From the NCBI GenBank assembly GCA_044222475.1, contig JBGANF010000028.1, positions 10,189 through 74,188 on the forward strand: DNA of 64,000 nt. The letters run 5' to 3'. The notes beneath the pieces are model-generated. The model made no database searches and was not told where the DNA came from. It saw only the letters and a program-made list of their open reading frames with translations. Source of the DNA: Polyangiaceae bacterium. GTDB taxonomy: Bacteria > Myxococcota_A > Polyangia > Polyangiales > Polyangiaceae. A program made the translations under genes and the position numbers. This document shows, one piece after another, positions 42,532-52,266 of the stretch (its first letter is position 1; every line of letters starts with the position of its first letter).

Positions 42532-43434
42532 TCACTGGATGGTGGCTTGAGCGGACGCGGTGCCGGTCGCGGTCTTCGAGAGCGTCAGGAGCTGGAGGCG
42601 CACCGACCAACCGCTCACGATTGTCTCGGTGGCGCTGCTGCTGGTGACCGAGATGGTCGCGCTCGTGGGCGACGACGGCAGGTTCGCGAGCACGCTCGAA
42701 GGGATCGAGCCGCTCCCGCTCGATGCGGGGAAGATGCACGAGATCGAGGTCGATGCCGAGGCAGTCGATCCCGTCAGCCCTACGGTGACGTCGCCGGATG
42801 CCCCGCCCGTCCATGCGACGGGGAACGTTTGCGCTCGGTTGATGGTCACCTTCCCACCTGGTGCCGGGAACACGGGCGTCGTCACGGTGACGTACGCCGG
42901 GGCGGCGACCTTGAGATCGAACGCTGGGACCTCGGCGCCGGACGACTTCGCCTCGATCGTCTCGCCGCCGTTCCAGAGCTTCTGCTGCGCGCTCTGCGCG
43001 GTGTAGGTCGCGCCGCTGGGGACGAGCTGTACCGTCTTCGATCCGCCCGTGATGGCGATGGTGCCCGCGCTCGCCGGCGGTGGCGTGCCGGCGTCGCTCG
43101 CACCGCCGATTGGGCATTGGTAGATCGTGCACGTGCCGCTCTTCGTCGTCGTGCACGACCCGGTTCCGGTGCCGTAGGCGGAGACGAACGAGGCCGATGC
43201 GCTCATCCCGAGGACGGGCGTCGACTGAATCGTGTAGTCCCAGCTGGTGAGGTACACGCCGCCGCCCTTGGTCGCGGTCGTGCCGCCCTCGGTGGTCGAC
43301 CCGTCGGGGGTGGTGGACGAGTCGTCGGATCCGCCGTCCGTGGCGGCTCCGCCGTCGAAGCCGAGCGGCGTTCCGGCGCTGCAGCCGGCTGCGGCGAGGA
43401 GGGCGGCGACGTAGAAGAGGAGGCGGAGCTTCAT
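42532..43434 (-). CDS. Ser/Thr/Gly-rich putative lipoprotein
   Basis: Lipobox AAGC and RBS AGGAGG. Confidence 0.72.
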   Translation of the reverse strand: MKLRLLFYVAALLAAAGCSAGTPLGFDGGAATDGGSDDSSTTPDGSTTEGGTTATKGGGVYLTSWDYTIQSTPVLGMSASASFVSAYGTGTGSCTTTKSGTCTIYQCPIGGASDAGTPPPASAGTIAITGGSKTVQLVPSGATYTAQSAQQKLWNGGETIEAKSSGAEVPAFDLKVAAPAYVTVTTPVFPAPGGKVTINRAQTFPVAWTGGASGDVTVGLTGSTASASTSISCIFPASSGSGSIPSSVLANLPSSPTSATISVTSSSATETIVSGWSVRLQLLTLSKTATGTASAQATIQ

Positions 43435-43573
43435 CGTTGTCCTCCTACGCTCGAGATTCGCACGTCTGCCCTCGGCCGGGGCAGATCCAGCGGATTCCCC
43501 GCCCGTATGTACGATGTCTGCAGCCGGCTGACGAATCCTGTACGGACGTCGTCCTGCCGTCGGCTACCGGTGA

Positions 43574-44563
43574 CTACTTGTTCTTCGTGAACTCTTCGAT
43601 GGCCTCGATGAACTCTTCGTCGACGGCCTCCGCCGGGACCGCGGCGAAGTGAGGCTCGTCCGTGTCGGCGTCGACGGAGAGGATGACGATCTCGGGATCG
43701 TCCGAGCCGTGCGACGGCGGGCGACGCGACGGAGTTCGCGCGACGCGCGGGACCGACGAGGCGTTCGGCGCGAGCGAACACACGAGCACGACCGCGCCGA
43801 GGTTGTCGGCCGCGTCGAGCGCGTTGGCCTTCGCGATGAGCGCGCGCGCGAGCTCGTCGGGGGCGCGGTCGATGGCGAGGGTGTCGCACATCATGTCCTC
43901 GTCGAGCGTGTCGGAGATGCCGTCGCTGCAGAGGAGGTACTTGTCGCCGGCGAGCATGCGATGCATCCGCGTCGACACGCGCACCTGAGGCTCCATCCCG
44001 AGCGCGCGCGTCACGACGTTCGCCGGGAGCCGCGCGAGTGCCGCTTCGTCGATGTTGGGCTTGATCTCGAGCGCGTCGTTCAGGAGCGAGTGGTCGTGGG
44101 TGAGCAGCTCGAGGATGCCGTCGCGCCAGCGGTAGAGGCGGCTGTCGCCGACGTGGGCGACGTGCATCTGGCCCGTCGTGCGAAGCGCGGCGACCGCGAC
44201 CGCGGTCGTCCCCATGCCGCGGAGCTTGTTCGACGACTTCGCGATGTCGAGGATGTCGTCGTTGGCGCGCTGAAGAGCGGCGGCGAGGCGCCGACCGACG
44301 ATCGGCATTCCGTACGCGTCCGTGTCGGGCTCCTCGCCGCGGCCGTGGCCGGTCCCCTCGAAGAAGTTCGCGATGGCCGTCGTGGCGAGTGCGCTCGCGA
44401 CGTTGCCCGCGTTGTGGCCGCCTGCGCCGTCGGCGAGGATGTACAGATCGAGATCGGGACGAAGGAGGACGGCGTCCTCGTTGTGGACGCGAACGCGCCC
44501 GATGTCGGTCGCGCCCGCGGCGACGATGTGAAGCGGGAGGAACAGCCGTGTCGGATCCGCCAT
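43574..44563 (-). CDS. PP2C-family Ser/Thr phosphatase
   Basis: GRVR.HNED, ADG.GGH, MGTT, HVGDSRLY, LLCSDG and DN motifs. Confidence 0.93.
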   Translation of the reverse strand: MADPTRLFLPLHIVAAGATDIGRVRVHNEDAVLLRPDLDLYILADGAGGHNAGNVASALATTAIANFFEGTGHGRGEEPDTDAYGMPIVGRRLAAALQRANDDILDIAKSSNKLRGMGTTAVAVAALRTTGQMHVAHVGDSRLYRWRDGILELLTHDHSLLNDALEIKPNIDEAALARLPANVVTRALGMEPQVRVSTRMHRMLAGDKYLLCSDGISDTLDEDMMCDTLAIDRAPDELARALIAKANALDAADNLGAVVLVCSLAPNASSVPRVARTPSRRPPSHGSDDPEIVILSVDADTDEPHFAAVPAEAVDEEFIEAIEEFTKNK

Positions 44564-44584
44564 GATGACGGCCGAGCATACAGG

Positions 44585-44998
44585 TCACCGGGCCGTCACG
44601 AAAAGCTCCACGATCGACCCGTCTGGGCGCTCGGCTCGACCGAATGGGACACGTTTTCCCGAGGCAAAGAGCACCGAGCTCGCCACGTCGATGTCGCCGC
44701 CTTCGCCGCTCCGGTGGAGATCCACGTCGAGGACCACGTTTCCGCGGTGATCGTCGTTCGATCGCGCGCGGAGCGACAGCTCGGAGCTCCCGTGAGTCTG
44801 GAGGCTCGCCCAGCCGATGTCGTCGGTGACGGCGAGCCCGTGGTGGCTCGAGTGTGGTGGCGCGCCCTTCGGCGTGTCGACGATCTCGACGTCGAGCATG
44901 CGTGTCGCGCGCGGGCGCGTGGGATCGGCAGATGCGGTGCAGGGGGGAACGAGGACGAGGGCGCTCGCGGTCACGAGCACGAGGGTTCGGATCTTCAT
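44585..44998 (-). CDS. Exported hypothetical protein
   Basis: Signal peptide ending ASA-D. Sigma54-like promoter immediately upstream. Confidence 0.6.
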   Translation of the reverse strand: MKIRTLVLVTASALVLVPPCTASADPTRPRATRMLDVEIVDTPKGAPPHSSHHGLAVTDDIGWASLQTHGSSELSLRARSNDDHRGNVVLDVDLHRSGEGGDIDVASSVLFASGKRVPFGRAERPDGSIVELFVTAR

Positions 44999-45010
44999 GC
45001 GCCGGTGCCT

Positions 45011-45027
45011 TCGCAAAGGTCGTGCCG
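45011..45027 (-). promoter_or_regulatory. Sigma54 -24/-12 promoter
   Basis: CGGCACG-ACCT-TTGC on the minus strand. Predicted +1 is about 3 nt before ATG 44998. Confidence 0.65.
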
Positions 45028-45134
45028 CCCCGCTGCCGCGGCAAATCGCCGGGGCGGGGCGGCGCACACGACGAAACGTCGCTCGCCGATCGACGCAGTT
45101 GCCAACGTGACAGCGGCGCTGCGATGCTCCGCTC

Positions 45135-45740
45135 ATGGGTGAAGCAGCAGACACGATCACCGAGGCGGTCGAGAAGGCGAGTGAGGAAGGGTCGCGACTT
45201 TCGTCGGCGGTCGCGCTGTCGGTGGCGGTGCTCGCGACGTTCCTCGCGCTCTGCAACGTCAAGGGCGGCAACGTCGGCCAAGCGATGGCCAAGGCACAAG
45301 CCGACTCGGTCGACCAGTGGGCGTACTACCAGGCGAAGGGGACGAAGCAGAACATCGCCGAGGTCGCGGCGCAGCAGCTCGAGGTCACGCGTGACACGCA
45401 GGTCGGTCTCACGCCCGAGGCGCGCAAAGCCTACGACGACAAGGCGGCGTACTTCCGCGGCGAGGCGGCTCGATACGACAAAGAGAAGAAGGACATCAAG
45501 GCGAAGGCCGAGGGCCTCGACGCGATGTACGAGACGCTGAACAACAAGGACGATCAATTCGACATGTGCGAGGCGCTGATTAGCGTCGGCATCGCGCTCT
45601 ACGGCGTGACGGCGCTGACGAAGAAGAAAGCGCTCTTCGGGGTCGCGAGCGTGTTCGGGGTGCTGGGGTTGGCGCTCGGGATCTCTGGGTTCGCGGGGTT
45701 GAGCTTCCACCCGGATTGGCTGGCGCGTTTGCTGGGGTGA
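45135..45740 (+). CDS. DUF4337 family membrane protein
   Basis: TM helix, DQWAYYQAKGTKQ, coiled coil, two C-terminal TM helices. Confidence 0.8.
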   Translation: MGEAADTITEAVEKASEEGSRLSSAVALSVAVLATFLALCNVKGGNVGQAMAKAQADSVDQWAYYQAKGTKQNIAEVAAQQLEVTRDTQVGLTPEARKAYDDKAAYFRGEAARYDKEKKDIKAKAEGLDAMYETLNNKDDQFDMCEALISVGIALYGVTALTKKKALFGVASVFGVLGLALGISGFAGLSFHPDWLARLLG

Positions 45741-45783
45741 GCCACTGTACCAACTTGGGATAGCGATCTAGCAAAGTGGAGCA

Positions 45784-45974
45784 CCCCGGACTGAAGTCCG
45801 GGGCAGCAACGGACCCGCTGCGAAACTCGCCCAAAGTCCGCCCAGGAGGGCGGACTCTCGATGCCATCGGTCCCAACTTGGCACCTGAGATCGGCACCAT
45901 GAGCCCGCCCTCCTGGGCGGGCTTTGGATGGGAATGGCACCGAGACCGTTGCTGCCCCGGACTTCAGTCCGGGG
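45784..45974. repeat. REPIN-like nested inverted-repeat element
   Basis: 29-bp perfect terminal inverted repeats (45784-45812 and 45946-45974), each an internal hairpin. Inner 27-bp inverted pair at 45831-45857 and 45901-45927. Confidence 0.8.
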
Positions 45975-46040
45975 CGCCATGAAGATTCCGCTGTAAGAGA
46001 GTCGTCAGGCTGCGGTGGCGCCCTCCGTCGCTCTTCCTCG

Positions 46041-47270
46041 ATGCAATCCTTCTTTCACGAGATCTACTCCTTGCCGCCCGCGTTGGTCGCGTACGCGGCG
46101 AGCGAGAAGCTGCGGGCGCGCGCGCCCCATGTCCTCGAGACGGAGGACGGCAGCTTCGATATCGAGGCCTACGCGCGCGCGGGCCATGCTCAGGTCACGG
46201 TGGTGCCCATCGCGCACCCGATGGTCCGGTCGAACTTCCGCGGGCAGCGGCGCAAGGTCCGCGACACGGTCGAGAACGGCTTCTTCGAGGTGAAGTGGCG
46301 CGAGCACGCGCTCGAGGTCGTGACGCTCCAGTGGATGAGCGACGGATGCTCGACGAGCCGCAGCTTCGTGATGGCCCCCAGCGAGGCGATCGCGAAGGAG
46401 TTCTTCCATGCAGTGTGCACGTATTCGACGGCGCACGTGGGCCGCGAGATCCTCGTCTTCGAGGAAGGGACGTTTGCCAAGAACCGCGAGCTGTTCGACG
46501 CCATTCGCGTCGCCACGTTCGACAACCTCGTCCTCGCGCCGGACGCGATCGCGACGCTGCGTCGTGACTTCCTCGGGTTCTTCGAAGCCAAAGCGGCGTT
46601 CGCCAAGTACGGCGTCGCCTGGCGCCGAGGCGCCCTCTTCGTCGGCCCTCCGGGCAACGGCAAGACGCACTCGATCAAGGCGATCCTCGGTGAGAGCGAC
46701 AAGCCGGTCCTCTACGTGAAGAGCCTCTTGTCGCGCCACGCGACCGACCACGCGAGCGTCTACCGGATCTTCGAGCGCGCGCGCGAGACGGCGCCGTGCT
46801 TCCTCGTCCTCGAGGATCTCGACGCGATCGTCGACGACGGCAACCGCTCGGTGTTCCTCAACGAGCTCGACGGCTTCGCCAAGAACGACGGGATCTTCAC
46901 CATCGCGACGACGAACCACCCCGAGAGCCTCGACCCGGCGTTGGTCGAGCGCCCGTCCCGGTTCGATCGCACGTACCTCTTCCCGCTGCCGGATCTGCCG
47001 AGGCGCACGCAGTACCTCGAGCGGTGGGCGAGCGGCCTCGATGCCGAGGTGCGCCCGAGCCAGGCCGCGATCACGCGCGCGGCGGAGTCGACGGCGGGCT
47101 TCTCGTTCGCGTACCTGAAGGAGGTGGGCACGGCGACGCTGCTCACGTGGCTGCACGACGGTGGGCCCGTCGACCCGATCCTGGACGGGCAGGTGAAGAA
47201 GCTCTCGTCCCACGTTCGGCGCGGAGACGTGTCGCGAGTGCTCGGCGCCATCAACGGCGTGACTCGCTGA
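46041..47270 (+). CDS. AAA+ ATPase (BCS1-like)
   Basis: WRRGALFVGPPGNGKT, LVLEDLD, LNELDG and TTNHPE.LDPAL.RPSRFD motifs. Confidence 0.88.
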   Translation: MQSFFHEIYSLPPALVAYAASEKLRARAPHVLETEDGSFDIEAYARAGHAQVTVVPIAHPMVRSNFRGQRRKVRDTVENGFFEVKWREHALEVVTLQWMSDGCSTSRSFVMAPSEAIAKEFFHAVCTYSTAHVGREILVFEEGTFAKNRELFDAIRVATFDNLVLAPDAIATLRRDFLGFFEAKAAFAKYGVAWRRGALFVGPPGNGKTHSIKAILGESDKPVLYVKSLLSRHATDHASVYRIFERARETAPCFLVLEDLDAIVDDGNRSVFLNELDGFAKNDGIFTIATTNHPESLDPALVERPSRFDRTYLFPLPDLPRRTQYLERWASGLDAEVRPSQAAITRAAESTAGFSFAYLKEVGTATLLTWLHDGGPVDPILDGQVKKLSSHVRRGDVSRVLGAINGVTR

Positions 47271-48590
47271 TCACTCGGCGCGGGGAAGCACCTTGGAGAG
47301 CGTGCCGTCGGTCGCCATGCGGTAGACGTCGGTTCCGGTCGGACCTTCGACGAGCATGAGCCCCTGCTCGGGCCCCGCGGGGAAGACGACCTCGTCGTTC
47401 GAGCCGAGGGAGATCGGGAGGCGCAGAAGCGTGGTTCCGTCATCGGCGGTGCGGAAGACGGAGCCGCCGTCCAGCCCGTCGACCGCGACGAGCGTGAGGG
47501 TCGACGAGATGGCGTGAACGGCGGTGATCGTCGCGCTCCCGTCGACGTCGAGGTCGCTTCGTCTCCACGTCGCGCCGCCGTCGGCGGTGAACGCGAGCGA
47601 GCGACCCGACACGGCGACCGCGTGACGCGCGTCGACGAGCTCGAGCCACAGCGGCGCGCCGGTGCCGACGTCGATCGTGCCGCGACGCGACCAGTGCGCC
47701 CCGCCGTCGTCGGTGGCGAACGCGGCGGGTCCCGTCGCGCACGACGCGGCGATGATGGACGACCCGCCGACGAACTCGGGGACGGCGTCGACGGTGCAGG
47801 ACGCGAGGTCCGGTGCGATCGCGCTCGCGCCGGACATCCAGCCCGCCCGCTCGAGCTGGTTCGTGGTGGCGTCGACGCTCCACAGCGACCCTGCGCCCGG
47901 CACGACGGAGAACGAGGTCGCCGTCGGCGTGCGTCGCCACGTGGAGCCGCCGTCGGTCGTGACGAAGACGGCGAGGGGAGAGGAGTCTTCATCGGTGCGT
48001 TCGGAGAGCGTGAGGACACCGTTGCGCGCGTCCGCGAAGCGGAGGTCGTTCACGGTGGGCCATGCACCGTCCACTTCGATCGTGCGCGTGACCCAAGAGG
48101 CACCGCCGTCGGTGGTTCGAGAGACGGCGATCGCGCTCGTGTGGGTCGGCCCCGCGACGAACGCGGTCGAGGCGTCGACGAACGCCGCGCGCGCGAAGCG
48201 GTCCGGGCCGAGGACGCGAAAGGTCTTTGCGCCGTCCTCGGTTCGGGCGAGGTCGTAGAGGTCGTCGGTGGAGACGAGAGCCCATCCCACGTTGCGTGTC
48301 GCCATCGTGACGTCGTCGAGGTCGAGCGTCATCGTTCGCGGCTCTACCGGCGCGACCGGCGGATCGACCGGTGGAGGATCGACGATCGGCGGCGGGTCGG
48401 TCGCGGCCTCGACGGGGAACAGCGAGGAATCGAACGGGACTGGCTCGGGCGTTCGCGGCGCTCGTGGCCGAAGGGCTTCGTGTCCGACGACGAGCACGAC
48501 GGCGACGCGGAATCCGAGCATCAGGATGCGCGCACCGAGAGCGAACGGGCCGAGCATCGGCGCGAGGTGGATGGGGTCGAGCTTTCGCAT
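47271..48590 (-). CDS. BNR/Asp-box repeat (Ycf48-like beta-propeller) protein
   Basis: Repeated T.DGG.[ST]W Asp-boxes and an N-terminal hydrophobic segment. Confidence 0.8.
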   Translation of the reverse strand: MRKLDPIHLAPMLGPFALGARILMLGFRVAVVLVVGHEALRPRAPRTPEPVPFDSSLFPVEAATDPPPIVDPPPVDPPVAPVEPRTMTLDLDDVTMATRNVGWALVSTDDLYDLARTEDGAKTFRVLGPDRFARAAFVDASTAFVAGPTHTSAIAVSRTTDGGASWVTRTIEVDGAWPTVNDLRFADARNGVLTLSERTDEDSSPLAVFVTTDGGSTWRRTPTATSFSVVPGAGSLWSVDATTNQLERAGWMSGASAIAPDLASCTVDAVPEFVGGSSIIAASCATGPAAFATDDGGAHWSRRGTIDVGTGAPLWLELVDARHAVAVSGRSLAFTADGGATWRRSDLDVDGSATITAVHAISSTLTLVAVDGLDGGSVFRTADDGTTLLRLPISLGSNDEVVFPAGPEQGLMLVEGPTGTDVYRMATDGTLSKVLPRAE

Positions 48591-48670
48591 CGTCAGGCCC
48601 GTACGCCTCCGCGGCGAGGCCTATTCCGCGTCGCATGCGACGATCCGATTTTGCGCTACACCTTCGGGCG

Positions 48671-48991
48671 ATGCAGCTCGTCACCCAGCCCGTTCACGTC
48701 ACGATCCGGTTCCTCCCGCCGGGGTTCTTCCTGAACTCGCCGAAGGTGCGCATCGTGCTCGACGACCATTGGGTCGTGTACCACGGCGGGTTCGTCCACG
48801 GCTTCCGGGTGGACATCCCGGTCGCGCCGGGGCCGCATCGGCTCACGGTCGTGCTCGAGACCGGCGTCATCGATCGCACGAAGCACCACTGGGTGAATTT
48901 TCCGGCGAACATGCGCCACGACGTGCTGCTCGAGTACAGCCGCCTCTGGGGGAACTTCGGCGACCCGAAGGTCACGTCGGCACCGGCGTGA
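48671..48991 (+). CDS. Hypothetical beta-rich protein
   Basis: 106-aa ORF with host-like codons, ending YSRLWGNF. Confidence 0.6.
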   Translation: MQLVTQPVHVTIRFLPPGFFLNSPKVRIVLDDHWVVYHGGFVHGFRVDIPVAPGPHRLTVVLETGVIDRTKHHWVNFPANMRHDVLLEYSRLWGNFGDPKVTSAPA

Positions 48992-48995
48992 GCGC

Positions 48996-49175
48996 CTACT
49001 CCGTGCCGGCGTCGACCGGCGGCGGAGCGGCGGCATCGGTCGCGGGCGGCGGATCCTTCGCCGGCGGTACCATCGGGTCGCACGCGAGGAGCTGGCTCGA
49101 GATCGCGGCCACCGCCGCAGTGCCTGCGAGCAACGCCTTCTTGCGCGTGAGGATGCGATTTCGAACGGTGCTCAT
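48996..49175 (-). CDS. 59-aa Pro-rich putative lipoprotein (below the ORF-track cutoff)
   Basis: MSTVRNRILTRKKALLAGTAAVAAISSQLLACDPMVPP...DAGTE. Lipobox LLAC, ATGA overlap, TATGCT 6 nt upstream. Confidence 0.65.
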   Translation of the reverse strand: MSTVRNRILTRKKALLAGTAAVAAISSQLLACDPMVPPAKDPPPATDAAAPPPVDAGTE

Positions 49176-50467
49176 GGGGCGAGCATACCCAGAAACGCGC
49201 GCTCGACCAGCTCTGCCGCGCGCTCGGGGCCGCGCTCGTCGCGGAGGGCGTCACCGAGTGCGGTGGCACGTGTCGTGAGCTCGGGCCGCGACGCGACGAA
49301 GCGGATCCGCTCCGCGAGCGCCTTCGGCGTGAGCGACCGAGCGGCGAGTGGCTTGGACGCGACGCCGCGATCGAAGAGCAGCTCGCCCCAGTAGAACTGA
49401 TCGGCGGCGTGAGGCACGACGATCGAAGGGCGACCTGCGAGGAGTGCCGACTGCGTCGTGCCGGCGCCGCCGTGGTGGACGATCATGGAGCAGCAGGGAA
49501 ACAGGCGTGCGTGGGGCGCGCGCACGACGTAGGCGATCGCGTCACTCTTGGGCGCGTGGGCGATGACGCTCTCCGGCGCTTGGATGATGCCGCGTGCGCC
49601 GGCGAGCTCGACGGCGTGGGCGAGCTTCGCGACGACGGAGTTGGTGCGGTCGCCGTCGAGGCTGAACATGCTGCCGAACGACAGGAACGCGGGGGCGGGA
49701 CCGCGGTCGAGGAAGGCGCGAAGCTCTGCGTCGGGTTGCCAGTCTTCGGCTGCGTCGGGGAGGCCGAGGAAGCCGCAGACGTGTGCGCCGGTGGCCCAGT
49801 CGGGCGGGCGCGGGAACAGCGTGGGCGAGACCGCGACGAGGCCGAACGCGGATCGCTCGAGTGAGAGGCGGTGGACGTCTCGCACGGGGCTCAGTCCGGC
49901 GTGCGCGCGGAGCGCGTTGATGCGATCGCGGAACACCGACTCGAGGACGCGCGCGACGAGCTTCCACTTGATCGGATTGAGCCAGCGCGGGAACGCCGGC
50001 ATGCCCACCGGCGCGTAGTGCGCGGACGCGAAGATGGGTTGGAGCGAGACGATGCCGTAGGGAACGCGATGGAGCTCGGCGGCGGTTGCGGCCGGGTGCG
50101 CGATGAAGTGGCCCACCATCGCGTCGCTTTCGGTCGCGAGCTTCGTTCCGGCTTCGAACATGGGTTGGACGACCGGGTCCAGCAGGTCTTGGGCGATGAG
50201 GCGGATCTGGGAGAGTGGGTTGCCGCGCTCGAAGCTCTCCTGAGCGCGCTTCGCGTTTCGGCTGGCGTTGTCGCGGAAGTACTCGCCGGCGACGCCGATC
50301 GCTTCGACGCCGCAGCGCTCGGCGAGCGGGCCGAAGTCACGGCCTTCGACGTTGGTGTAGACGACCTTGACGGCGTGGCCGCGCGTCTTCAACGCGGCTG
50401 CGAGGGAGAAGAAGGGACGAACGTCGCCTTCGGTGCCCCAGGTCTGGATGCCGATGCGCACGATCAA
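49172..50467 (-). CDS. GT1 family glycosyltransferase (sterol glucosyltransferase-like)
   Basis: GTEGDVRP, SFGSM, PHARLFP, HHGGAGTT and DQFYW motifs. Confidence 0.9.
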   Translation of the reverse strand: MIVRIGIQTWGTEGDVRPFFSLAAALKTRGHAVKVVYTNVEGRDFGPLAERCGVEAIGVAGEYFRDNASRNAKRAQESFERGNPLSQIRLIAQDLLDPVVQPMFEAGTKLATESDAMVGHFIAHPAATAAELHRVPYGIVSLQPIFASAHYAPVGMPAFPRWLNPIKWKLVARVLESVFRDRINALRAHAGLSPVRDVHRLSLERSAFGLVAVSPTLFPRPPDWATGAHVCGFLGLPDAAEDWQPDAELRAFLDRGPAPAFLSFGSMFSLDGDRTNSVVAKLAHAVELAGARGIIQAPESVIAHAPKSDAIAYVVRAPHARLFPCCSMIVHHGGAGTTQSALLAGRPSIVVPHAADQFYWGELLFDRGVASKPLAARSLTPKALAERIRFVASRPELTTRATALGDALRDERGPERAAELVERAFLGMLAP

Positions 50468-50507
50468 GGAAGCATCGTCGCGATCGGGCTCGTATACAAT
50501 CGCCGCG

Positions 50508-52085
50508 GTGATCCGACGCGTCTCGATTCTCGCGCTCGCCTGCGCGGCCTGTGCGGGCGGAGGCGCGAAGCCAGCTTCGCCGGAGCCGCGCGTCGAAGAT
50601 GCCGCCGTCGCGGGGTCGATGGATGCGGGCGTCGCCGTGGCGGACGCGGCACCGCCAGTGAGCCGCTACGATTGGATGGGGGTCATCGGAACGGGGCAGA
50701 GCCTGTCGGTGGGCTCGGGCGGAAGGCCGGTGCTCTCGACGACGCAGCCGTTTCACAACTTGAAGCTCACGAGCCCGGGGCCGATGCCGGCGCACCCTCT
50801 CGACGAGGGGCTCAATCCCACTTTGGTACCGCTGGTGGAGCCGATTCGTCCGTATGGGCATCTGAAAGCGAGCTTTCAGTATCCGAACAACATCTTCGGG
50901 GAGACGCCGCACTCGGCGATGGCGAACCAGCTCTCGGCGATCGCGATGGAGCGAGAGCACCTCGACTACGTGACGGTGCACACCGTGGTGGGGTGGGGAG
51001 GACGGTGCATCCACGACATCGACAAGCGAGGCCGGGGGTTCGCGTATCCGTCGAGCCTCTGGGAAGCGCGCACGATCAAGGAGCTCGCGGACGCGCAGGG
51101 GAAGACGTTCGCGTACGGCGCGGTCATCCTCACGCACGGCGAGTGCGATGCGACGAACGAGCGCTACGAGGAGGATCTCCACCAGCTGGCGCGGGACTAC
51201 GACGCCGACCTGCGGGCGATCACCGGGCAGACGGAGCACGTGCCGCTCCTGGTTTCGCAGCAGTGCACGTTCCCGGCCGACGGTGGTGCTTCGGCGTCGA
51301 CGCTCGCCGCGTGGTCGGCCGGAGTACGGTTCCCGGACGACGTCGTCTGCATCGGGCCGAAGTATCAGTACGCGTACCTGAAGGATCGCGTTCACTTCGA
51401 TGCGACGAACTATCGTCGGCTCGGCGAGAAGTACGCCGAGGTCTACGACATCCTGGTGCGGCAGCGGAAGCCGTGGGCGCCGCTTCAGCCGACGACGGCG
51501 ACGCGCAACGGGGCGGTGATCACGGTGAATTTCCACGTGCCGAACCCGCCGCTCGCGTGGGACGAGTCGCTGGCGCCGCCGCACCAGGGGACGTTCACCG
51601 AGTGGGCGCGCGGGCGCGGCTTCGAGGTCTCGTCGGAGAAGGGGCCGCTGACCATCAACGCGGTCGAGATCCGCGGCGAGTCGGTGGTGATCACGTTGCG
51701 TGATGCGCCGGTGGGGCCGATCACGCTTGGCTATGCGGTCGTGCAGGACGCGAAGGTCGCGTCGGGCGGCGACGTGCATGGTCGTCGTGGGCAGCTGCGC
51801 GACTCCGACGCGTTCGTTGGTTTGGATGCCGAGGCGATCACGTGTGCGGTGGAGCACGGTTCGAACGTCGTCACGGTGATCACGCCAGCGACGTTCGCGA
51901 GGCGGGCGGTGCGCGACGTGGTGGTGGGCGCGGGCTTCGGTGCGGAGACCCTGGTGAGGGAGAGGCTCGCCGAAGGGGCGCTTGCGCTCACGGCGCCGTG
52001 GGAGGGCCCGACGGGTACCGCGAGCCTCGCCTTCCGCCACGACCAGCGGAACTACGCGGTGGCCTTCCGCCTGCCGCTGCCCTGA
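50508..52085 (+). CDS. Putative lipoprotein with SGNH/sialate O-acetylesterase-like domain
   Basis: Signal peptide with Cys. GQS, HGE and D..H motifs. Confidence 0.7.
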   Translation: MIRRVSILALACAACAGGGAKPASPEPRVEDAAVAGSMDAGVAVADAAPPVSRYDWMGVIGTGQSLSVGSGGRPVLSTTQPFHNLKLTSPGPMPAHPLDEGLNPTLVPLVEPIRPYGHLKASFQYPNNIFGETPHSAMANQLSAIAMEREHLDYVTVHTVVGWGGRCIHDIDKRGRGFAYPSSLWEARTIKELADAQGKTFAYGAVILTHGECDATNERYEEDLHQLARDYDADLRAITGQTEHVPLLVSQQCTFPADGGASASTLAAWSAGVRFPDDVVCIGPKYQYAYLKDRVHFDATNYRRLGEKYAEVYDILVRQRKPWAPLQPTTATRNGAVITVNFHVPNPPLAWDESLAPPHQGTFTEWARGRGFEVSSEKGPLTINAVEIRGESVVITLRDAPVGPITLGYAVVQDAKVASGGDVHGRRGQLRDSDAFVGLDAEAITCAVEHGSNVVTVITPATFARRAVRDVVVGAGFGAETLVRERLAEGALALTAPWEGPTGTASLAFRHDQRNYAVAFRLPLP

Positions 52086-52238
52086 CTGGCGCGCGCCACC
52101 CAGCGCGCCACTTCGCCACCAGCCCCGCATACCCCCTCAAAACAGCCAGATCGTTGGCATCGCAACGAACAGGCTGTTTTGAAGGGGTTTTGGCGCAGGT
52201 CGGAAAGACGAGGCACCCGGCCGCGGCGCTCGGGGAGG

Positions 52239-52255
52239 TTGGCACGCGTCGTGCT
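52239..52255 (+). promoter_or_regulatory. Sigma54 -24/-12 promoter
   Basis: TTGGCACG-CGTC-GTGCT. Predicted +1 is about 52266, next to ATG 52267. Confidence 0.7.
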
Positions 52256-52266
52256 GATAGGGGGGC

